NCBI GenBank assembly: GCA_965248195.1
Contig: CBDFIQ010000001.1
Location: 896,001 to 960,000, forward strand
Origin: Longimicrobiales bacterium
Lineage (GTDB): Bacteria; Gemmatimonadota; Gemmatimonadetes; Longimicrobiales; Gaopeijiaceae
Reading direction: 5' to 3'
DNA: 64,000 bases
Positions 57,359 to 64,000 of the stretch are shown one piece after another. The stretch's first letter is position 1, and each line of letters begins with the position of its first letter. A program made the position numbers and the translations under genes. Under the pieces are notes generated by a model. The model saw nothing but the letters and a program-made list of their open reading frames with translations, was not told the DNA's origin and ran no database searches.

Positions 57359-57856
57359 ATGATGGAAGCCCCCCTCACCTCTCTGTACCAACAGCTCATC
57401 CTCGAGCACTACCGCAACCCGCGGAACAAGGGGGAGCTCGCAGATCACACCGTGGAGGCGTACGTGGCCAATCCCGTGTGCGGCGACGAGGTCAAGGTTC
57501 AGATTCGTCTCGACGGGGACCGGATCGAAGAGATCGCTTTCGACGGCCAGGGATGTTCGATCTCGCAGGCGTCCGTGTCTATGATGACCGCATTGGTCAA
57601 GGGGAGGGAGCGGAGCGAGGCAATTGGCCTGGCCGACCTCTTTACTGCTATGATGCACGGAGGTGAGGTGGCCTCCGGCGATCGGTCCCTGGGAGACCTG
57701 CGTGCGCTACAAGGCGTCTCGAAGTTCCCCGTGCGGATTCGGTGCGCGCTTCTCGCCTTCGACGCGCTCCGCAAAGCGCTCTCTACCGAGCTGGAGGCTG
57801 GTCCCACCGGGGGAACAGCTCACAACCAGGAGTCCCGAGGAGAGACCACACACTGA
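57359..57856 (+). CDS. sufU: SufU / NifU-like sulfur transfer protein
   Basis: NPVCGD, GCSISQAS, RIRCA. Confidence 0.93.
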   Translation: MMEAPLTSLYQQLILEHYRNPRNKGELADHTVEAYVANPVCGDEVKVQIRLDGDRIEEIAFDGQGCSISQASVSMMTALVKGRERSEAIGLADLFTAMMHGGEVASGDRSLGDLRALQGVSKFPVRIRCALLAFDALRKALSTELEAGPTGGTAHNQESRGETTH

Positions 57857-58413
57857 TGCCTCAGCATGAAAGTGCTTCCTCGGTCTACTCGGGTGTCTTG
57901 CACGACACGCCCGCCGGAGCCATCGCAGTCTGGGTCACCCGCAACGGGGTCCGCCGAATCGGGGGCGTAACGTCCAAGATGATCGAGGAGGGTCACTGGG
58001 ACGCATCAGGACACCCCACGCTCAGCGCCGCCCTCCACCAGCTCGGTGAATATTTCGACCGGAAGAGAAGGCACTTCGATCTTTCGCTCGATTTCTCTGG
58101 AGCCACCAAGTTCCAAAAGCGCATCTTCGAGCGCCTGATGGGAATTCCATATGGCCGCATCGTGTCATACGGTGACATCGCCGACGAGATGGGAGAGCCT
58201 GGCGCCGCGCGGGCGGTCGGCCAGGCCGTGGGGGCCAACCCCCTTCCGATCGTCGTTCCGTGCCATCGCGTGGTCCGAAGCGACGGCAGGCTGGGGGGCT
58301 ATTCAGGAGGGCTCCGCCGTAAGGTAGCCCTCCTTCGCATCGAGGGAGTGGACGTCGACGGGCACCAGTCCGGAAGCCGAGTCCATCCGGAGCTGCTGCG
58401 GCTTCCACTTTAG
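57856..58413 (+). CDS. ogt: Methylated-DNA-protein cysteine methyltransferase
   Basis: RAVGQAVGANP, VPCHRV, GGYSGG. Confidence 0.92.
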   Translation: MPQHESASSVYSGVLHDTPAGAIAVWVTRNGVRRIGGVTSKMIEEGHWDASGHPTLSAALHQLGEYFDRKRRHFDLSLDFSGATKFQKRIFERLMGIPYGRIVSYGDIADEMGEPGAARAVGQAVGANPLPIVVPCHRVVRSDGRLGGYSGGLRRKVALLRIEGVDVDGHQSGSRVHPELLRLPL

Positions 58414-58431
58414 AATCGACTCATCTGAACC

Positions 58432-58470
58432 ACCACCCGTGCGGACAACAATCGCACGTGTATCGAGCGG
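58432..58470. repeat. 39-bp direct repeat, copy A
   Basis: accacccgtgcggacaacaatcgcacgtgtatcgagcgg; 36 of 39 identical to 59344-59382. Confidence 0.85.
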
Positions 58471-58804
58471 GTTCACGTGGTCTCTGAGCGTCGGAAAAGC
58501 CCCGCCCTCAGCCGATGACCTTCAGTCTCACTCGGTGCGTTACAGCGTCAGCAACGCCCTGGAACGGTTCGCCGACGATCACCACGCCTTGCACGAAGAC
58601 GCGAAGCCAGGGGATCTGGCGGAGAAGATGCGGTGTGGGGCGGTAGAGCGCGAGCGAACCGATCTGTAACCAGGGCTGCTGCACGAGCATCCCGCACCCC
58701 CGACGGCAACTACGCCGGCCCTACGTGGACTCCATCCACTTCGAGTCGGTTAGATTGCGTTCGTAGGCGGGCGCGCAATCGACCCCGAACCATCGAGAGG
58801 CCCA

Positions 58805-59116
58805 ATGGCTGACAGCGATTACGAAGTGCGTTTGAAGACCACAGGGCGAAACGACCGCTGTCTTTGTGGCTCCGGCAAGAAGTACAAGAAGTGTCACTTG
58901 GCCGAGGACGAGGGCACACGCGCCGCAACGCTCAAAGTCCTCGAAGCGGAAGCCATGGCAAAGCCAAAAGCGGCGAAAGACGCCGAGGGCGAGGCCGACA
59001 CGAAGGACGCGGACAAGCGCAGGCGGTCGACGAAGCGCCAAAAGAAACAGTCCGGGTTCGAAGGGCGCGCCTCGGACGGCAAACCGAGGAACATCCCGCG
59101 GCGGGGCGCCGTTTGA
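58805..59116 (+). CDS. SEC-C motif small protein
   Basis: GRNDRCLCGSGKKYKKCH followed by a basic tail. Confidence 0.82.
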   Translation: MADSDYEVRLKTTGRNDRCLCGSGKKYKKCHLAEDEGTRAATLKVLEAEAMAKPKAAKDAEGEADTKDADKRRRSTKRQKKQSGFEGRASDGKPRNIPRRGAV

Positions 59117-59222
59117 TGTCGTCGGCCAGGTAGACCGTCGCCATGCCGCCCTCGCCCAGTTCACGCTCGATGGCGTAGCGGCCTTCTAGGGCTGCGTTCA
59201 GGCGTTCGGTGGCATCGGACAT
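59117..59222 (-). pseudogene. 5' remnant of a Hanks-type Ser/Thr kinase
   Basis: MSDATERLNAALEGRYAIERELGEGGMATVYLADD; similarity ends at the SEC-C stop. Confidence 0.85.
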
Positions 59223-59343
59223 GGGCGCACTCCGGGATCAGACTGCGGGCAACATCTTACCCACGGAGAGGGAGGGCAAGCAGAAGCCCAATATGTCCAG
59301 CAACGGAGCCGTTCAGGCTCCAGGCGTGAACTCCCCTCACAGG

Positions 59344-59382
59344 ACCACCCGTGCGGACAACAATCGCACCAGTATAGAGCGG
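59344..59382. repeat. 39-bp direct repeat, copy B
   Basis: accacccgtgcggacaacaatcgcaccagtatagagcgg. Confidence 0.85.
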
Positions 59383-59557
59383 ATATGCTCGCGCCTCCCG
59401 AACGAGAAGACGGCATCCTCAAGTGATTGGTTATACCGCTTCTCGACGGAAGCTAAGCCTATGATGGTCGCGTCGATCGCGCCGCCTTGCGGGGTACCGA
59501 CCGGCCGGGCAAGATACGACGCCAGCGAAGTATTGATGGGTAACTAGGAGGTGCTGC

Positions 59558-60043
59558 TTGAGGAGTACCGCGCTCACGGTAGGAGTCGCCGTCCTGTTGG
59601 CCGCCTCGGGGCTCGAGGGTCAGCAGGCCGCACGGGGTCTCGAAGGAGCGTGGCGGGTCACCGAAGTGGTGACCACCGGGCCGCTCGGGCGAACTCTTGG
59701 CTCACCCCAGCCCGGCCTACTGCTCTTCACGGGCGGTTACTACAGCTATACGCTCGTCACGAGTGACCAGCCCCGTCCTATCCCCCCGAGGGGATTCGCG
59801 ACCGTGGAAGATATGCTCGACGTGTGGAGCCCGTTCACCGCGAACGCGGGCACGTTCGAAGTGTCCGGTAACAGCATGACGAGGCGACCGGTCGTTGCTA
59901 AGAGCCCCGACGCAATGGCGCCGGGGGCGTTCAACGAGTACACCTTCCGCCTGAGCGCCGACACGCTTTGGGTCACGACGGTAGGGACCGAGGGGGGGCC
60001 GGCAAGGAGCCCATCTACGATTAGGTACGTCCGCGTCCGCTGA
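59558..60043 (+). CDS. Secreted lipocalin-like protein
   Basis: GGAGG RBS, signal peptide, LEGAW motif, ANAGTF. Confidence 0.7.
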   Translation: MRSTALTVGVAVLLAASGLEGQQAARGLEGAWRVTEVVTTGPLGRTLGSPQPGLLLFTGGYYSYTLVTSDQPRPIPPRGFATVEDMLDVWSPFTANAGTFEVSGNSMTRRPVVAKSPDAMAPGAFNEYTFRLSADTLWVTTVGTEGGPARSPSTIRYVRVR

Positions 60044-60067
60044 ACGACGGCAAGCGAGAGAGATTAG

Positions 60068-60352
60068 CTAGGCGACGGCGCCCTGAGCGCCAAATCTCTT
60101 GGCGATCCGCGCCCGGGACTTTTCGGCCTCCTTTTCGCGGTCCTTTCGCGGCGCATTTGTTGTGAGGGAACCCAGGAGTTCTCGCGCCCCCTGGGATACC
60201 GATTCTACAGCGGCGTCGAAAGCAGCCTGGTTCGCTTTGGAGGGTTTGTTGAATCCGCTCAGTTTTCGGACGAACTGAAGAGACGCATCTCTAATCTCAT
60301 CCTCAGTCGCAGGAGGATCGAAGTTGAACAGGTTCTTGATGTTTCGACACAT
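60068..60352 (-). CDS. DUF2277-family protein
   Basis: MCRNIKNLFNFDPPAT..EIRDASLQFVRKLSG. Confidence 0.85.
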   Translation of the reverse strand: MCRNIKNLFNFDPPATEDEIRDASLQFVRKLSGFNKPSKANQAAFDAAVESVSQGARELLGSLTTNAPRKDREKEAEKSRARIAKRFGAQGAVA

Positions 60353-60394
60353 TGGAAAAGTCACTCCGTCGAATAAGGCCACCTACTTCGTCCG

Positions 60395-62600
60395 CTAAGG
60401 CACCACGTCAAACGGCTCCGACGAGGATGTCGGCTCTGGCGCATCGGCAAACAGCTCAAGGGCGCCCTCGCAGATTTGGTTAGCGTCGAGGATCTCCACA
60501 TCCACTTCCGGCAGCGACGATGACGAGTGCCCAGTCAGCTCCGTCACCGTCTTGACCTCGAACGCCATGATTCCCCGAGTGTCTCCCTTCAGGCTGCCCT
60601 CCAGCGGGTCGTAGTTGATGCTGATGTCGCTCTTGTAGACGACAGCGCAGACACGGGTCCCTTCCAGCGCCTTCAAGCCACTGGCCCGGAGTGGCGTAAC
60701 ATCCGGGATATTATCCAGCAGAGCCTCCGGATCGCCGCCGACACCGAGACCAGAACCAACCGGATTGCCGACGTAGTTGCGCAGACCGTCGTTCGTGGGT
60801 CCTGCATCACGCCACGATGCAGGGATGGTTTTTGGAGCAAACCAACCCTCGTCCCCCACTTCGCCGGAGAAGAGGATTGTGGTGGCGTCAATGACCGGCA
60901 GCGGTGTGCGCTGCCCGAGCCCGGCGATTCCTTCATTCACCTCATCTTCCGTGAAGTAGTTCGGCTCCTTGTCCTTATCGACAGCATCTGCATCAAGCAG
61001 AAGCAGGATGGCAACGTTCGTCACTTCGTAGGTCGTGGACGCCTCCGACGTGTTCCCCGCGTTGTCCGTGGCCGAAGCGTTCAGCGTGTGCGTGCCGAGC
61101 CCGAACTCCGTCGCCGTGGGGCAGACCTGCATCGCCACACCAGACGTGGGGTCCTCCACTGAGCATGTGATCCCGATCGCATCCTCAAGGGGGTATGTGC
61201 CGAGGTTGTTTCCGAAGGTGATGACAGGTGCCGTGGCGTCACGTTTGAAGTTCACCGTGGCCGAGCCCTCACCCGCGACCGAAGTCGCCGTGCAGGTGAG
61301 CTCGGTGCCGTCGGCGTCTTCGGTGAACGTCACCTCGTCACACCCGATGAGCTGGTCCACAGCCTCGACGCTCTCCACGGTCCAGGACACCGTTACATCG
61401 GAGGTGTACCAATCGGCGAGGCCCAGCGTCCCGGTCACCGTGGGCGTCACCACCGGCGGGGGACACCCGGTTACCTCGATATCCACGGGGGGGAGGGACG
61501 CCGAGAGAGGCGTTCCGGTGGCCGGATCGTCGTAGTTAACAGTGAGGCCGGTGAGGGCGGGCTTCACCCCGCACACCGGGACGTTCCCGGAAGCGGGGTC
61601 CAGATCCAGGGTGATGTTCCGGATCTGCCGGTCCACCGGGTCCAGGGACCAGGTGAGGGTCCGCGTGCCGGCGTTGTAGCTTGGCTTGCTCGGATCGGTC
61701 CCGTCGATGAGGTAAGTCTCAAACTTGGTGGGCCCGGCGACCACCTCGAAACTGGGCGACACGGTCGCGGTAAGGGTCACGCCGCTCACCTGCGGGTTTA
61801 CGAACGTGGTCGTCGCATCGAGCACGGCATCGTCGAAATCGCCGGCCTGGACGATGTCGTTCTGGTCGTTCACGAGACAAGCCAAAATGCTCGGGTTAAA
61901 ATTCCCAAAACCCACGAGTAACACACGGATGCCCCGAGACATCACGGAAGATGCTAGTGCGCACACATTCTGAGAGCCGCCACCTGGGTTAGCGGGAACA
62001 CCGTCCGTGATGAGGATGATCGCCTTGCCACGATCACCGGTCGAGTAGGTGTCGAACTCAGTGATGCTCTGTTGAATCGCAGCCAGGGTATTCGTCCAGC
62101 CACCGGGGTACGTGATGGCCTGAGTGAAGGCCTGTACGACGCTGGACGTCTGGTCTTCGATGAACTGGTATAGCAGGTTCGCGTTGGTTGCGAAACGAAT
62201 GATGCCCATCCGGGTGCGCCCGTCGGGCGGATCCGGAAGCACATTGCTCGCGATGTCGGAGACGAAGTCCTTCAAGTCATCGAAACCTGAGGCACCTACC
62301 GAGCCCGAACCGTCCATAAGCACCATGATGTCCAGCCCGCCCCCCCCCCCCCCCAATCTGAGAAGCCAGGCTCAACTTGGCGGTGGCGGTCCCGTTTCGG
62401 TCCACGTCGCCATCGACATCGGTGGTGGCCAGCAAGACACCGTCCATGGTGAGTGTCTCGACGATCGCGAGTGCCGGTTGCTCATCTAGCACTGCCTCGG
62501 TCTCAGTCATTGGGGCGAGGGGTGGCGGCTCGTCACCGCAGGACCATACGAAACCCGCCGTAATGAGCGCTAATACGGTACCTGAACGGAAGCAATTCAT
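60395..62600 (-). pseudogene. vWA-domain surface lipoprotein, frameshifted at a G15 tract (possible phase-variable gene)
   Basis: Lipobox VWSC in ORF 62277-62600; MIDAS DGSGS, TNT and ITDG plus Ig-like repeats in ORF 60395-62356; frames meet at C15 62340-62354. Confidence 0.8.
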
Positions 62601-62829
62601 GAAAACCTTCCTTCGACCCGGAGCTCAGTCAGGTAAGACCCTTTCGGTCTCGTCGTCGGGGTAGGCGGCCTACGGGCGTCTACGGCGGCGGCGGGACTGG
62701 GAGAATCCCTTTCTTCAAGATCCGATCATAGGCGGCACACACCTTTCGCGCCATCCGGCCTCCGTCATACGGCCAGTACGCGCGGGTGAGCGTCGCCCGA
62801 TCCCTGGGGCGGGGACATCGAGGCGAAAC

Positions 62830-64000
62830 CTAGGGCTGCAGCACCACCTTCACCGCACCGCTCTTGCGGTGGTTTGCCGCGGCACGCAGGGCGTACCGAT
62901 ACTGGTCGAGGGGATAGACGTGCGTGACCATGTTCTGGACCGGCGCCCCCGTCTCGAGCAGGAGATCCTGTGCGATCTCGAAAGTGTGCCGCCGCTCACC
63001 CCGCCAGGTCTCCTGTCCGTAACCGACCGCCCCCCGGATGCGAAGCTCCCTGGCCCAGACGAACGTGAGGTCGAGCTTCTTGAACTCGGCCACGCACCCG
63101 ATGACCACGATGCGGGCCCGCGGTGAGGCGAAACCAAGCGACTGTGCGATGCTGCTCCGGTTACCGACACAGTCGTAGATGAGCGGAAAGCCACCGCCAG
63201 AGTAGACCTCGGGGCCTACCACCGGCATGTAGGCGGACGCCCCGGTCTCGATCAACGCCTGGCGCGCTTCAGGACCCGGCGCGACCACGTCGGTGGCCCC
63301 CAAGGTCCGGGCCAACTCCTGCTCGTGCTCCCGCTTGGCCTGCGCCAGGATCGGACCGGGGAAGCCGGTCGCCCGGAGGGCCCATATGGTGGCCAAGGCG
63401 ATGGTGCCGCTCCCGATCACCAAGGCGGGCTCTTGGTCCCTCGGAGGCGTGCGCAAGACGGCGTGCAGTGCGATGGAGAGCGGCTCGAGAAGCACGGCGG
63501 CGTTGTCGGCCAGCGCGTCATCGACGGCAAAAACCTGGGACTCGTGAGCGAGCACGGTCTGGCCCCACCCACCGGGCAAATCTCGGTGATACCCGATCGT
63601 GAGGCCCCGCGAGAGCGGCTGATCTCCGATCAACGTGATGCCGTCTTCGCCGGCCCGCTCACACGTGCAATGAAGCCCCTCGGAGCAGGAGGGGCAGGGA
63701 TCTTCGGGAGGGTATCCCCGGGTCGTGCACGAGATCATCGGATCCATCGCCACCCGCTGTCCTGGCGCCACCCTGGAGACCTGATCGCCGACCGACTTCA
63801 CCCTACCCAGAATCTCATGCCCGAGGACGGCCGGAAACGAGCCGAAGGGCTCCATCGCCGGGCTCGCGGAGTACGTCAAGTTACTGATGTCGCTTCCGCA
63901 GATCCCCCCCGAAATGACCTCGATCTCGACCCAGTCCGGCCCCGGCAATTCCGGCTCGGGGAGATCGCTCATTTTCACGCCGCTGAGAAGCCCGAAGAAG
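62830..64000 (-). CDS. Zn-dependent alcohol dehydrogenase family protein (5' end probably outside window)
   Basis: GICGSD, LGHE, C..C......C, LEPL, GSGTIA. Confidence 0.9.
   Translation of the reverse strand, partial: FFGLLSGVKMSDLPEPELPGPDWVEIEVISGGICGSDISNLTYSASPAMEPFGSFPAVLGHEILGRVKSVGDQVSRVAPGQRVAMDPMISCTTRGYPPEDPCPSCSEGLHCTCERAGEDGITLIGDQPLSRGLTIGYHRDLPGGWGQTVLAHESQVFAVDDALADNAAVLLEPLSIALHAVLRTPPRDQEPALVIGSGTIALATIWALRATGFPGPILAQAKREHEQELARTLGATDVVAPGPEARQALIETGASAYMPVVGPEVYSGGGFPLIYDCVGNRSSIAQSLGFASPRARIVVIGCVAEFKKLDLTFVWARELRIRGAVGYGQETWRGERRHTFEIAQDLLLETGAPVQNMVTHVYPLDQYRYALRAAANHRKSGAVKVVLQP

Noticed and set aside
58471..58800. Short ORFs 58439-58669 and 58508-58690
   Set aside because: No recognisable motifs or RBS; probably non-coding or a decayed remnant
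62600..62800. Riboswitch in the vWA gene leader (GAAA-capped hairpin)
   Set aside because: I could not match it to any known riboswitch consensus; an Rfam search would be needed
1..64000. Many long antisense or alternate-frame ORFs (e.g. 1233-2465, 2733-4049, 42779-44017, 56027-57304)
   Set aside because: Shadow ORFs expected at high GC, overlapping well-supported genes and lacking motifs

Overview
High-GC bacterial window, probably Gemmatimonadota. That placement is an inference from the Ser/Thr-kinase N-terminus, the TonB receptor architecture and the PQQ-dehydrogenase expansion. The housekeeping and metabolic genes include an HD-GYP protein, pfk, a PAS-GGDEF-EAL protein, peptidases, transporters, a TonB receptor, tRNA-Val and tRNA-Glu, a Chlamydia/plastid-type fabI, polX-PHP, ligA, an ECF sigma/anti-sigma pair, a suf operon with a Fur-like box, and ogt. 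Three accessory structures stand out. (1) A tandem array of four secreted PQQ quinoprotein paralogs with a secreted haloalkane dehalogenase inside it; paralogs 2-4 each have their own promoter and terminator and carry Asn at the usual catalytic Asp. (2) Three apparently identical 1567-bp IS3-family copies in direct orientation. Their inverted repeats sit 7 bp inside conserved ends, they bracket what looks like an integron cassette fragment starting in a half attC site, and they abut a foreign-looking aminotransferase. (3) A vWA surface lipoprotein put out of frame by a G15 tract. A type III PKS three-gene cluster is also present. There are many small gene-breaking lesions (TAG, TAA, an ATG-to-ATA start, homopolymer frameshifts, a 9-bp deletion and truncations). 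Some of these, and the IS array itself, could be sequencing or assembly artefacts and need read-level checks.
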